This document shows, piece after piece, positions 38,374-50,431 of a stretch of 64,000 nucleotides of DNA. The position numbers and the translations under genes are program-made. The DNA comes from Isurus oxyrinchus (taxonomy: Eukaryota), in NCBI GenBank assembly GCA_026770705.1, contig JANJGN010000546.1, positions 310,001-374,000 of the forward strand, read 5' to 3'. The first letter of the stretch is position 1. Each line of letters starts with the position of its first letter. The notes below the pieces were generated by a model. The model worked only from the letters and a program-made list of their open reading frames with translations, ran no database searches and was not told where the DNA came from.

Positions 38374-39505
38374 GTGAGTTAAAGCAAACTTCAACATCAC
38401 TCTCACATATTCACACACACACACATACACATACACACATGCATACAAACAAGCATTCATGTGCAATCCCACATGTGCACAGGTGTGCACGCCTGTATGC
38501 TCACACACAGAAGCATACATACAGAATCACACGTGTGCTTGCTCACACACACACAGACATGTGTGAGTTGTCTGTTCTCCCTGTGCTGCACTGGAGTGTT
38601 GCTCCAGATTCTGCTCTGAAACACTGACGACATCAGCTGAACAAGACCCTGTATTGGACGAGCAGCCCCCTGCACAGAGAATTGTAGGTTTATCACTCAA
38701 TACCCCATTATTCTAAAGCAATTCCTCCACTGTCAAATCCCTGTGAACATCCTGATGATGTGAAAGACATTTTCTTTTCTTCTAGCCTGACAGTGTCTCC
38801 TCTGGTGGAAGGCTGTAATTACAGCGTGACAGTTTACATATCCACACGCAGCAAGAGCTGAGCAACACTCAGCTTGGGCTGAGAAATGACAAGTAACGTT
38901 CACACCACACAAGCACCAGGCAGTGATCATGTCCAACAAGAGAGAATCTAACCATCTCCCCTTGATATTCATTGAATTTACCATCACTGAATCTCCCACG
39001 ATCAACATCCTGGGGGATGTTAACCAAACACCGAACTGGACTGGCCATAAATACTGTGGCTACAGGGGCAGGTCAGAGGCTGGGGAGTCTGTGGGGGGGA
39101 ATAACTCACCACCACCTTCTATAAGACCATAAGACATAGGAGGAGAAATTAGGCCATTCAGCCTATCGAGTCTGCTCCACCATTCAATCATGGTTGATAA
39201 GTTTCTCAACCCCATTCTCCAGCCTTCTCCCCATAACCTTTGATCCCCTTACCTATCAAGAATCTATCTATCTCGGTCGTAAATACACTTCACCAGGGCA
39301 ATTAGGGATGGGCAATAAATGCTGGCCTAACCAGCGACACCCACTTCCTTTGAATGTACAGATAGAAAAATACATGCAGTGACCATCATTAATGTTGACA
39401 TAGGAACTTATAATGGGGAAGATACTTTGGAATGCACATGGACACCAGAAAGAGAGAGACGAAGCATTGAGTCTTCCTCACAATGAAATCTTTATTTGTT
39501 TTTAG

Positions 39506-39787
39506 ATACACCACGGAATCTCTCAATTACTTCTCTTGATATGATTAACGCTTCATCGATCAATATAATTGAGGGGAATTCTGCAGTGATAAACTGCTCT
39601 GTCGAGAGCTTCCCAGCTTCTAACCTGATGTGGCGACATCTTAATGTCCCAATGAACAGAACAAGTTCCAACAATGAGCTGTGGTTGGTGATTCCTCACG
39701 TTACATCCAGGGACACTGGAGATTATCAGTGTGTGGCAGAGAATGAACAAGGGGCAGTGGAGGGGTTCATAACCATCACTGTGGAAC
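39506..39787 (+). CDS. Gene B C2b exon 2
   Basis: 282 nt phase 1-1, open. Confidence 0.9.
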
Positions 39788-39813
39788 GTGAGTTACTGTA
39801 AACTTCAACATCA

Positions 39814-39854
<41 letters not shown>

Positions 39855-40757
39855 ATAAACAGGTGCACGCAAACATGCGTTCATATTTAATCCCATGTCT
39901 GCACAGGTGTGCACGCCTGCATGCTCACACACACAAGCATACATACAGAATCACACGTGTGCTTACTCACACACACACAGACATGTGTGAGTTGGCTGTT
40001 CTCCCTGTGCTGCACTGGAGTGTTGCTCCAGATTCTGCTCTGAAACACTGACGACATCAGCTGAACAAGACCCTGTATTGGACGAGCAGTCACCTGCACA
40101 GAGAATTGTAGGTTTATCACTCAATACCCCATTATTCTAAAGCAATTCCTCCACTGTCAAATCCCCGTGAACATCCTGATGATGTGATAGACATTTTCTT
40201 TTCTTCTAGCACAACAGTGTCTCATCTGGTGGAAGGCTGTAATTACAGCGTGACAGTTTACATATCCACATGCAGCAAGAGCTGAGCAACTTTCAGCTTG
40301 GGCTGAGAAATGACAAGTAATGTTCACACCACACAAGTACCAGGCAGTGAACATCTCCAACAAGAGGCAATCTAACCATCTCACCTTGATATTCAATCAC
40401 TTTCCCATCGCTGAATCCCCTACCATCAACATCCTGGAGGATGTTAACAAAACAACTAACTGGACCGGCCATAATAACTGTGGCTTTAGGAGCAGGTCAG
40501 AAGCTGGGAAATCTGTTGGGGTGAAAAACTCACCACCAGCTTCTCAAGGACAATTAGGGATGGGTAATACATGTTGGCCTAACCAGTGACACCCACTTCC
40601 CATGAATGTCCCTAAAGAAACACACCAGCCGTGACCATTATAGATGTTGACATAGTAACTTATAATGGGTAAGATACCTTGAAATGAAAGCAGATACCAG
40701 ATAGAGAGAAATGAAGCGTGGAGCCTTGTTCACAATGAAATCTTTATATGTTTTCAG

Positions 40758-41039
40758 ATGCACCACGGAATCTCTCAATTACTTCTCTTGATATGATTAA
40801 CACTTCATCGATCAATATAATTGAGGGGAATTCTGCAGTGATAATCTGCTCTGTCGAGAGCTTCCCAGCTTCTAACCTGACGTGGCGACATCTTAATGTC
40901 CCAATGAACAGAACCAGTTCCAACAATGAGCTGTGGTTGGTGATTCCTCACGTGACATCCAGGGACACTGGAGATTATCAGTGTGTGGCAGAGAATGAAC
41001 ATGGAGCAGTGGAGGGTTTCATAACCATCACTGTGGAAT
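40758..41039 (+). CDS. Gene B C2b exon 3
   Basis: 282 nt phase 1-1, open. Confidence 0.9.
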
Positions 41040-41074
41040 GTGAGTTAAAGCAAACTTCAACATCACTCACATAC

Positions 41075-41111
<37 letters not shown>

Positions 41112-42036
41112 TGCATACAAACAAGCATTCATGTGCAATCCCACATGTGCACAGGTGTGTACGCCTGCATGCTCACACACACAGAAGGAAACATACACAG
41201 AATCACACGTGTGCTTGCTCACACACACACAGACATGTGTGAGTTGTCTGTTCTCCCTGTGCTGCACTGGAGTGTTGCTCCAGATTCTGCTCTGAAACAC
41301 TGACAATATCAGCTGAACAAGACCCTGTATTGGACGAGCAGTCACCTGCACAGAGAATTGTAGGTTTATCACTCAATACCCCATTATTCTAAAGCAATTC
41401 CTCCACTGTCAAATCCCTGTGAACCTCCTGATGATGTGAAAGACATTTTGTTTTCTTCTAGCCTGACAGTGTCTCCTCTGGTGGAAGGCTGTAATTACAG
41501 CGTGACAGTTTACATATCCACATGCAGCAAGAGCTGAATAACACTCAGCTTGGGCTGAGAAATGAGAATTAATGCATCACAAGCACCAGGCAGTGATCAT
41601 GTCCAACAAGAGAGAATCTAACCATCTCCCCTTGATGTTCAGTGAGTTTACTATCACTGAATCCCCCACAATCAACATCCTGGGGGATGTTAACCAAACA
41701 CCGAACTGGAAAAAATATATATTATATATTTAATAAATACTGTAGCTACATGAGCCGGTCAGAGGCTGGGAATCCTCTGGAGGTGAAAAACTCACCACCA
41801 CCTCCTCAAGGGCAATTAGGGATGGGTAATAAATGCTGGTCTAGATAGATACATCCACTTCCCATGAATATGCAAAAAGGAACACACTGGCAGTGTCTGT
41901 TACAAATGGTGACATAGAAACTTATAATGGAGAAAGAAGCCTTGACATGCACATAGACACCAGATGGAGAGAGATGATACCTGGAGTCTTGCTGTGCACT
42001 GTGTTTGCTCACAATGAAACCTTTATTTGTTTTTAG

Positions 42037-42318
42037 ATGCACCACGGAATCTCTCATTTACTTCTCTTGATTTGATTAACGCTTCATCGATCAATATAAT
42101 TGAGGAGAATTCTGCGGTGATAATCTGCTCTGTCGAGAGCTTCCCAGCTTCTAACCTGACGTGGCGACATCTTAATGTCCCAATGAACAGAACAAGTTCC
42201 AACAATGAGCTGTGGTTGGTGATTCCTCGCGTTACATCCAGGGACACTGGAGACTATCAGTGTGTGGCAGAGAATGAACATGGAGCAGTGCAGGGGTTCA
42301 CAACCATCACTGTGGAAT
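42037..42318 (+). CDS. Gene B C2b exon 4
   Basis: 282 nt phase 1-1, open. Confidence 0.9.
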
Positions 42319-42349
42319 GTGAGTTACACAGAGTTGAACGTTCTCTTGT

Positions 42350-43385
42350 TATTAGCTCATGGGATGTGGGCATTGTTGACAAGGCCAGAAATTATTGCCC
42401 ATCTGTAACTGCCCCTTGAGAAGGTGGTGGTGAGCTGCCTTCTTTAACCACTGCAGTCCATGTGGTGTAGGCACACCCACAGTGCTGTTAGGGAGGGAGT
42501 TCCAGGATTTTGACCCAGCAACGGTGAAGGAACGGCCGATATAGTTCCAAGTCTCATAGAAGATCAACACCTCAAGTTCACCTCCAAGTCACACACCACA
42601 CTGACTTGGAACTGTCTTGGTGGAAGAGGTTAAGGGTTTGGAAGGTGCTGTCGAAGGAGCCTTGGTGTGTTGCTGCAGTGCATCTTGTAGATGGTGCACA
42701 CTGCTGCCATTGTGTGCCAGTGGTGGAGGGTATGAATGTTTATGCTGTTGGATGGGCTGTCGATCAAACAAGCTGCTCCTGGATGGTGTTGAGCTTCTTG
42801 AGTGTTGTTGGAGCTGCACTTATTCAGGAAATTGGAGATTATTCCATCACACTCCTGACTTGTGCCTTGTCGATGGTGGAAAGGCTTTGGGGAGTCAGGA
42901 GGTGAGTAACTCACCGCAGAGTTCCCAGCCTCTTACCCGCTCTTGTAGCCACATTATTTCCTGTTGCCGGGTTGTTGCCAGGGCCAATAGCATTTGCTGT
43001 ATCCAGTATCATCAGCTGATTCCTGATGTCACGTGGAGTCAATCGAATTGTCTGAAAGCTGACATCTGTGATGCTCGGACCCTCTGGAGGAGGCCGAGAT
43101 GGATCATCCACTCAGCACTTCTGGCTGAACATGGTTGCCAATGCTTCAGACTTGTCGTTTGCACTGATGTGCTGAGCTCCCCCATCATTAAGGATGGGGA
43201 TATTTGTGGAACATCCTCCTCCTGTTAGATCTTTAGTTGTCCATCACCATTCATGACTGGATGTGGCAGGACTGCAGAGCTTAGATCTGACCCGTTGGGA
43301 TCGCTTTGCTCTGTCTATAGCATGATGTTTCCGCTGTTTGGTGTGTATGTAGTCCTGTGTGTCACCTCAGCAGCTTGGCACCTCT
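42350..43385 (-). mobile_element. CR1-like LINE fragments
   Basis: Minus ORFs AGSKSWNSLPNSTVGVPTP and SITDVSFQTIRLTPRDI...GPGNNPA; homologous to 56575-58545. Confidence 0.75.
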
Positions 43386-43576
43386 GTTATATGTGAATCC
43401 TCCTTATAGAAACCTGCATGTACATGGATATTATCAATAAATATTACATAGATAAATGTTATTTGTATAGACCTTTCATGCATAGACAATATCACTTCAC
43501 AAGTTCAGAATTACTACATGTACATAGGGAACCATTCTCAAACTGTACCGGAGTCATTCATTGGCTGATTTTACAG

Positions 43577-43673
43577 GGCGAGATTCCAATGAATGGAAAG
43601 CAGGATTGCTTGGAGCTGGAATCTGTTTGAGTGTTGGACTGAGTGGATTCTTCATCTTCAAGTGTGTGAGAAA
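43577..43673 (+). CDS. Gene B transmembrane exon (W)RDSNEWKAGLLGAGICLSVGLSGFFIFKCVRK
   Basis: ttttacag acceptor, AAA|gtaagt donor, phase 1-2; uncharged Gly-rich 20-aa hydrophobic span followed by basic KCVRK. Not called in the ORF track. Confidence 0.82.
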
Positions 43674-44431
43674 GTAAGTGTGAAGGTTTAATTGGTTGTT
43701 TTTGAACATGTTTTCTCCAACCTTCTCTCCGTATAGAAAGAACTTGCATTTCTATAGCACCTTTCACAACCCAAAACCCTCCACAACCCCTGAAGAGCTT
43801 TGATGTTCACTCACTGTTTAACATCTCATCCAACACTCAATGTTTCACAACTCAGTCCTGTAACTGGCAGTGTTGACCTGGACCATAAAATACCTTGTGA
43901 CTTCCTGAGGATGTGAAAGGGGATATATAAATGAAGACATTTCTTTTGTTAGTGAATGCAATCTCTTTCCATTTTCACTGTTTAATACACTCTCTCTCTT
44001 ATCTCCACTAATTCTCTCCTTCTCATTCTCTCTCTCATTCACTCTCTCTCCAAACTCCACTAATTCTCTACTTCTCATTCTCTCTCTCATTCACTCTCTC
44101 TCCAAACTCCACTAATGCTCTCCTTCTCATTCTTTCTCTCGTCCTCTTACACAATGTTCAGTCTCACACATTTTAAACGAGCGCTGAGCAACATCTGCTC
44201 CTTCAGAAGATCCACCTCAACACCTGGAGTGAGCAGTGAATTGAAACTCGCTCAACGACTGCTCAGCTTTACACAGGAATCACGTCACAGAGTCAGGACA
44301 CAAAGGGTTAACAGTTTGCTTACAACACAACACTAAGGCCCTAAGTTTCAGTGAAAGGGTTTTCACAATTGTTCCCCAATTCCTGATTTGACTCACAGAG
44401 ACACATCAACCCTTTCTCATTAAATACACAG

Positions 44432-44516
44432 AGGGAGCAGCACAGGAAGAGGTCATTCAGCCCAAGCAGAGCGTGTGGGCAGTTCCTCCCCAGGCGAGCA
44501 GTCGGACAGGTCCTGG
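44432..44516 (+). CDS. Gene B candidate cytoplasmic exon 1 (K)GSSTGRGHSAQAERVGSSSPGEQSDRSW, a copy of the shared 85-nt exon
   Basis: acacag acceptor, TGG|gtaagt donor, phase 2-0, open; bridges the phase-2 TM exon and the phase-0 exon at 45028. A 22-nt exon at 44207-44228 would also bridge. Confidence 0.55.
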
Positions 44517-44689
44517 GTAAGTAACGGAACGATTGGAATTCACTTCCATGACCAACACCGTCCTTTGTTGATGTTGTGACTTTATAAAGACAGATACCAA
44601 TGATTGATGCCTTTGAAAGATTTCTACTGATTATTGAGATCTGGGTGTGAGGCTCAGGTCAGTTGTACGGAACATCTTTCTGGTTAAAT

Positions 44690-44958
44690 TGTGCAGACAG
44701 GTTACACAAAGTCTACGATTATATTCCCTCGGGTCTAGAAGATTAAGGAGTGATCTTACTGAGGGGTTCAAACTGATTAAACACTCGATAGGGTCGATAG
44801 AGAGAAGCTATTCCCTCGGGTGGGGGTGGGTGGTGGGGGTCGGGTGGAGTCCAGAACAAGGGGGCTGGAACTTCAGATTGGAGCCAGGCCGTTCAGGGGT
44901 GATGTCAGGAAGCACTTCTTCACACAAAGGGGAGTGGAAATCTGGAACTCTCTCCCCA
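44690..44958 (+). mobile_element. CR1 3' fragment
   Basis: LYSLGSRRLRSDLTE and FRGDVRKHFFTQRGVEIWNSLP. Confidence 0.8.
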
Positions 44959-45027
44959 ATAATCAAACCCAACATCGAATACACATCATGTTGATTGTCA
45001 CTCTGTCCATTTCCATCTCTATTACAG

Positions 45028-45132
45028 AAGAGAGGCGAGGGGAAAGCAGGAATCAAATCGAACCACCGTGTTGATGAATATCGAGGTCCTGTTTATGAAA
45101 ACTGTGAGCGTGGTTGGGCTTTGAGGAATCAG
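45028..45132 (+). CDS. Gene B cytoplasmic exon 2 KRGEGKAGIKSNHRVDEYRGPVYENCERGWALRNQ
   Basis: ctctattacag acceptor, CAG|gtgagt donor, 105 nt phase 0-0; tyrosine motif PVYENC. Confidence 0.72.
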
Positions 45133-45261
45133 GTGAGTCACACACCACAGGATCCCCAGCCTCTCAGCTGCTCCAGTAGCCTGGTTATTGATATGGCTGC
45201 TCCAGTCCTGTATCTGCAATGTTTTATACAGTCACTCCCAAACCCAACCAAACTCACACCC

Positions 45262-45642
45262 AACACCGTTCAGAATCAATAATCAAACCCCGTTCAGTAT
45301 CAATAATCAAACCCCGTTCAGTATCAATAATCAATCCCCATTCAGTTTCAATAATCAAACCCCGTTCAGAATCAATAATCAATCCCCATTCAGTTTCAAT
45401 AATCAAACGCCGTTCAGAATCAATAATCAATCCCCATTCAGTTTCAATAATCAAACGCCGTTCAGAATCAATAATCAAACCCCGTTCAGAATCAATAATC
45501 AAACCCCGTTCAGATTCAATAATCAAACTCCGTTCAGTATCAATAATCAAACCCCGTTCATTATCAATAATCAAACTCCGTTCATTATCAATAATCAAAC
45601 ACCGTTCAGTATCAATAATCAAACCCCCTTCAGTATCAATAA
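45262..45642. repeat. 24-bp minisatellite (AATCAAACCCCGTTCAGTATCAAT), ~16 copies
   Basis: Direct periodicity; 8-aa repeat ORFs in three frames. Confidence 0.95.
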
Positions 45643-45741
45643 TTAATGTATCTATTGTGGGTGGAATTTTCGATTTGGTTCAATAATTCTAAACACTGAT
45701 CACTCTGATTGTCACTCTGATCATTTCTGTTTCTATTACAG

Positions 45742-45858
45742 CAGAAAGATGAGAAGGATCTGGAAATGAAATCTAACCGCGGAGTCAATCCTGATACAGA
45801 TGATGATCTTTACGCAAACTGTGATTTTGCCAAGGATTCTGTTTATGGGAATTTATAA
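45742..45858 (+). CDS. Gene B terminal cytoplasmic exon QKDEKDLEMKSNRGVNPDTDDDLYANCDFAKDSVYGNL* (C-terminal ITIM)
   Basis: ttctattacag acceptor (NAGNAG), phase 0, TAA 45856-45858; SVYGNL fits (S/I/V/L)xYxx(L/V/I). Confidence 0.8.
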   Translation, partial: QKDEKDLEMKSNRGVNPDTDDDLYANCDFAKDSVYGNL

Positions 45859-46619
45859 ACTGAGCAAGAATGAGACACACACAGTGTGGGGAGAATACAG
45901 AACGGGAGAATCATTCAAAACTCCAATTTACCTTCCTAATATCCACAGGAACTCACTCCCAGGAAATAGATTTAAACCTCTTGTTACAATCTGATGGAAT
46001 TTCTTCGGAATGATCTATCCAGGATGATTGTCTGTGGGTTTCAATTCGAACATCCTCCTTCAGATTTGTCCCTCACTGTTGGAAACATACTTCTCTCCAA
46101 TCTGATTGTAAATGTCTTTAGATATCGTTCGATGATGTACCAGGACAGAACGGACAAATTCAATCCCGTGTCCATGATTATGAGTTAATTTTCATTCTGT
46201 TATTCACCTTCCTGTCTGTCAGTGTTTACAGAATATTCATCAGCCAGTGTAGACTTCAGGAAATGCAGGATCGGTGGATAATTGGAGCAGAGGAGATTGT
46301 TAAAATTTACTCACCATTTTGTAGTCAAAAGTATTTTCAGATATATATTTGGATTTTACACTTCATCGTTAAAGAGCAATCCCGGAAACAGGGAAACAAT
46401 TTGATTGGAGATTTGAGAAATTCTCTGCAGCTCAGAGGATAACAGATGTGCTACAGTGCCACCACTGGTGGCAGGACATCATTTCAGCGTGACATGTTTA
46501 CATTGATGTTGCCAATGAACATTGGAAATTATGATGTGAAAAATTGGTTGCAGGTTTACCTTCTTCAATATGTCATGGATGGATGAGACAGCTTTGATAA
46601 CAGAATGAGACAGAGCTGC

Positions 46620-46625
46620 AATAAA
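46620..46625 (+). terminator. Candidate polyadenylation signal, gene B
   Basis: First AATAAA noticed downstream of the stop (~760 nt). Confidence 0.4.
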
Positions 46626-46964
46626 CCACCATGTTAGTCTTTCACACTTGGAGAGTACAATTAGCATCCATCCTGAAGGCTGAGTGGATGGGTGGACTAT
46701 GCGATGTGTTACAGATCACAGAGACCAACATCCTTGATCCTGGTTCTGCTCTGTGTTTGATGATATACTTGGATAAAAGATTGGGAAAATAAATAATCCT
46801 CCTGCATTAACCTGTAACTGGTCTCTCCTTCTGTCAATGTCGTGAGGAGACAATTGGGTTTGAGGTCCAAAATCAGACATTCTTTGACTGCCCATTGAAT
46901 AGGAACAGGAGGAGGCCATTCAGCCCCCTCGAGCCTGCTACACGGGAACAAGAGGGCACCTGAT

Positions 46965-47176
46965 ACAAAAACAGAAAATGCTGGAGAAACTGAGTAGGTC
47001 TGGCAGCATCTGTGCAGAGATAAACAGAATTAGCATTTTGTGTCCTTATGACCCTTCTTCAGAGTCTATAAGCAAAAACTCTGTTTCTCTCTCCACAGCT
47101 GCTACCAGACCTGCTGAGTTAATGCAGCATTTTCTGTTTTTATTTCAGATTTACAGCATCTGCAGTATTTATTTTT
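46965..47176. mobile_element. Short element with inverted arms (Penelope/MITE-like)
   Basis: AAAAACAGAAAATGCTG...AGGTCTGGCAGCATCTGTG pairs imperfectly with CACAGCTGCTACCAGACCT...CAGCATTTTCTGTTTTT; same family as 50300-50431. Confidence 0.6.
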
Positions 47177-47179
47177 AAT

Positions 47180-48375
47180 GACAGGAGGACATTCAGCCTC
47201 TTGATCCTGTTACACAGGAACAGCAGGAGGCCATTCAGCCCCCTCGAGCCTGTTACACAGGAACAGGAGGAGGCACATTCAGCCCCCTCGAGCCTGTTAC
47301 ACAGGAACAGGAGGAGGCCCATTCAGCCCCCTCGAGCCTGTTACACAGGAACAGGAGGAGGCCCATTCAGCCCCCTCGAGCTTGTTACACAGGAACAGGT
47401 GGAGGTCCAATCAGCCCCCTCGAGCTTGTTACACAGGAACAGGAGGAGGCCCATTCAGCCCCCTCGAGCTTGTTACACAGGAACAGGAGGAGGCCCATTC
47501 AGCCCCCTCGAGCTTGTTACACAGCAAGAGGAGGAGGTCCATTCAGCTACTCAAGCCTATTACACAGGAACAGGATTAGGACAATACAGCCCCTCGAGCC
47601 TGTTACACAGGAACAGGAGGAGGCCTATTCAGCCACTCAAGCCTGTTACATGAGGACAGGAGAAAGCCCATCAGCCTCTTGAGCCTATTATACAGGAACA
47701 GGAAAAGGACATTCAGTCCCTCAACACCCTTCCACAGGAACAGGAGAGACTCTCAGCCTCTCGAGCCTGTTACCCAGGAACAGGAAGAGCACATTCAGTC
47801 TCTCAACCCACTTACACAGGAATAGGAAACCCATTCAGTCACTCGTGACTGTTACACAGGAACAGGAGGAGGCCCATTCAGGCCCCTCGAGCCTGTTACA
47901 CAGGAACAGGAGGAGGTCCATTCTGTCCCCTTGAGCCTGTTACACAGGTACAGGAGACCCATTCAGCCTCCACAAGCTTGTTACACAGGAACATTAGGGG
48001 CTCCATTCAGCCCCATCAAGCCTGTTACACAGGAACAGGAGGAGGCCATTCAGCCCCTCGAGCCTGTTACACAGGAACAGGAGGAGGCCCATTCAGCCAC
48101 TCAAGCCTGTTACACAGGAACAGGTGGAGGCCCATTCAGACCCTCTAACCTGTAACACAGGAACACAAGGAGATCCATTCAGCCCCTCGAGCCTGTTACA
48201 CAGGAACAGGAGGAGGCCTATTCGGACACTCGAGCCTGTTACACAAGGACAGGGGGAGGGCATTCAGCACCTGGAGCCTGTTACACAGGAACAGGAGGAG
48301 GTCCATTCAGCTACTCACACCTGTTACACAGGAACAGGAAGAGGCCCAGTCAACCCCTCGAGCTTGTTGCATGTG
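47180..48375. repeat. 44-bp minisatellite (ACACAGGAACAGGAGGAGGCCCATTCAGCCCCCTCGAGCCTGTT)
   Basis: Direct periodicity; the unit resembles the CR1 tail at ~11008-11045. Confidence 0.92.
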
Positions 48376-48528
48376 AACAGTCGATGGCCCTTCAACCACA
48401 TTCTTGGCACGCAAAGGGCTAACAGTTTTCTAACAGTGCGAGGCAAAGAGCTGCTTTCACACTTGGTACCAAGCACTTCCAATTTTGTCTCACAGAGACA
48501 CATCCACCCTTTCTAATTAAACACAAAT

Positions 48529-48613
48529 AGGGAGCAGCACAGGAAGAGGTCATTCAGCCCAAGCAGAGCGTGTGGGCAGTTCCTCCCCAGGCGAGCAGTC
48601 GGACAGGTCCTGG
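48529..48613 (+). other. Putative non-coding first exon of gene C
   Basis: Shared 85-nt exon with intact GTAAGT donor. Confidence 0.5.
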
Positions 48614-49041
48614 GTAAGTAACGGAACGACTGGAATTCACTTCCACCACCAACACCGTCCTTTGTTGATGTTGTGACTTTATAAAGACAGATTCCAATGA
48701 TTGATGCCTTTGAAAGATTTCTACTGATTATTGAGATCTGGGTGTGAGGCTCAAGTCTGTTGTACAGAACATCTTTCTAGCTCAAGGGATGAGGGAACTG
48801 CAGAGACATGAGCTTTGGGGTGTCCTGAGGTGGTGAAAGGTGCTATAGAAATGCAAATCCTTCATTATTTGTCTTACTTAAAGACTTGTAACTCTCTGCA
48901 GAACACCTATCATCCCACAGAGAATGAAATTAGTCTGTGAAGGCATTGTCTAAAAGCAGTTCTGATCTCTCGAGAGCTGTCGGACAAGAGGTGAGGTCTC
49001 ATTAACTCCTTTCTCTTTCACAGCTTGAGAGTGAGAAGTGG

Positions 49042-49102
49042 ATGGAATATCTGGGAGTAGACGATGGTCGGGAAATCTACTTCCTCCTGTCACTTCTCCA
49101 AG
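49042..49102 (+). pseudogene. Gene C leader exon with 1-nt deletion (frame restorable only from upstream ATG 49042)
   Basis: GGGAAATCTACTTC versus GGGAAATCTTACTTC (A) and GGGAAATCCTACTTC (B); ATG 49064 gives MVGKSTSS, ATG 49042 gives MEYLGVDDGREIYFLLSLLQ. Confidence 0.7.
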
Positions 49103-49792
49103 GTAATATCATCATCAGCTCGAACAGATTTATGTTTAACAGTCTTTGTAAAAGATCATTCTTATCTCTTTATCTCTGTAACCTCCTGCAACTCACCCAA
49201 ACAACTTCCCAGATCTCTGTGTTACTCCAATTCCGGCCTCTTGACCATCCCCCGATTCCCATCACTCCAATACTGGCGGCCGGGCCTTCAGCTGCCTGGG
49301 GCCTGAGCTCTGGAATTCACTCCCTAAACCTCGGGGATGGAGGAGATGAGAGGGTTTCATTTTACTGACAATCACCACGACAACATCACAGCTGCAGTCA
49401 GAATAGACAGAGAGTCCAGCCCTCACACTTCCTGCACAGTTTCACCATAGCAACCACAATAAAGAAGTAAAATAACTGAAAGTTAAACCGAAGCCAAACC
49501 AGTCGGTGTAGAGAGATGAGATGTTTACACAGTTTCCCTGTGTATCTTGTAGACACTGTGTTGGGTGGAAGACTGGCTTCACTAAACATGGTCCTGAGGA
49601 CCATGAGCCAATGTAGAATGAACTTGTCCACTCCTGTGACCAGGATTCTCTTCCATCCATTGTGAAACCTTGGGGAGTTCCTTGTGAGTCCTGTAGATGG
49701 TCCACACAGCAGCCACTGTGCCCCAGTGATGGAGGGAGTGGATATCAAGTCTAGTGGATTGACAAACCATCCAGAGTTAAATATTGACATTT

Positions 49793-49824
49793 CTATTACC
49801 CTGTAACCCGGCTTCATGTTTCTG
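49793..49824 (+). pseudogene. Gene C V-exon remnant (deletion junction)
   Basis: Pre-acceptor sequence TAAATATTGACATTTCT is fused directly to the last ~30 nt of a V exon (ATTACCCTGTAACCCGGCTTCATGTTTCTG|gtaagt). Confidence 0.88.
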
Positions 49825-50299
49825 GTAAGTGCTGCGTTATAATTACTCAACAATTCACATTCAACACTCAATGGGAAATAACACTAACTGTGACGTTTAC
49901 ATATTAACACAAAACACAGCTTAATATAACACACTGTCTGATTCTCAATAACCTGGTGATAGCTTCCAGTTCAGTCCTAAAGCAACCTCTAATACTCACT
50001 TTAATATCAATGATGAAAAGCATTAACTGTATTATCAGGTTATCCACTCCCATCAATCTCTCCTGTCCTGTTTAAAAGTCTCACGTATCGATAAAAGAAA
50101 GATGTGCATTTCTGCAGCGCAATTTACCACCTCAGGAGGATCCAAATCCCTTCACAGCCAATGACATTATTCCTGAATTGTAGTCACAGATGTTAAACAC
50201 AGCAGGCAGTTTGTGCACAGCAAGATCCAACAAACCACAAGGTGATAAATCACCCAGATCACTGAGGAAATGAGAGGCCAGTGAACTCAAACCTCTGGT

Positions 50300-50431
50300 C
50301 TGATGAAGAGTCATACGGACTCGAAACGTTAACCCTGTCTTCCTCTCCACTGATACTGTCAGACCTGCTGAGCCTTTCCAGCAATTTTTGTTTTTGTTTC
50401 AGATTTCCAGCATCTGCAGTATTCTGCTTTT
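50300..50431 (+). mobile_element. Penelope-like terminal-repeat fragment with hammerhead core
   Basis: CTGATGA-A-GAGTC-ATACG-GACTC-GAAAC; flanked by ~20-bp direct repeats (50284-50303, 50432-50451); empty site at 12682-12700. Confidence 0.7.

Noticed and set aside
45188-45686. Repeat-rich ORFs (INNQTPFS)n
   Set aside because: Intronic 24-bp minisatellite.
1167-45858. Assigning gene symbols (CD22, MAG, SIGLEC1, SIGLEC15, CD33)
   Set aside because: Domain counts and tails match none one-to-one; orthology needs phylogeny and synteny.
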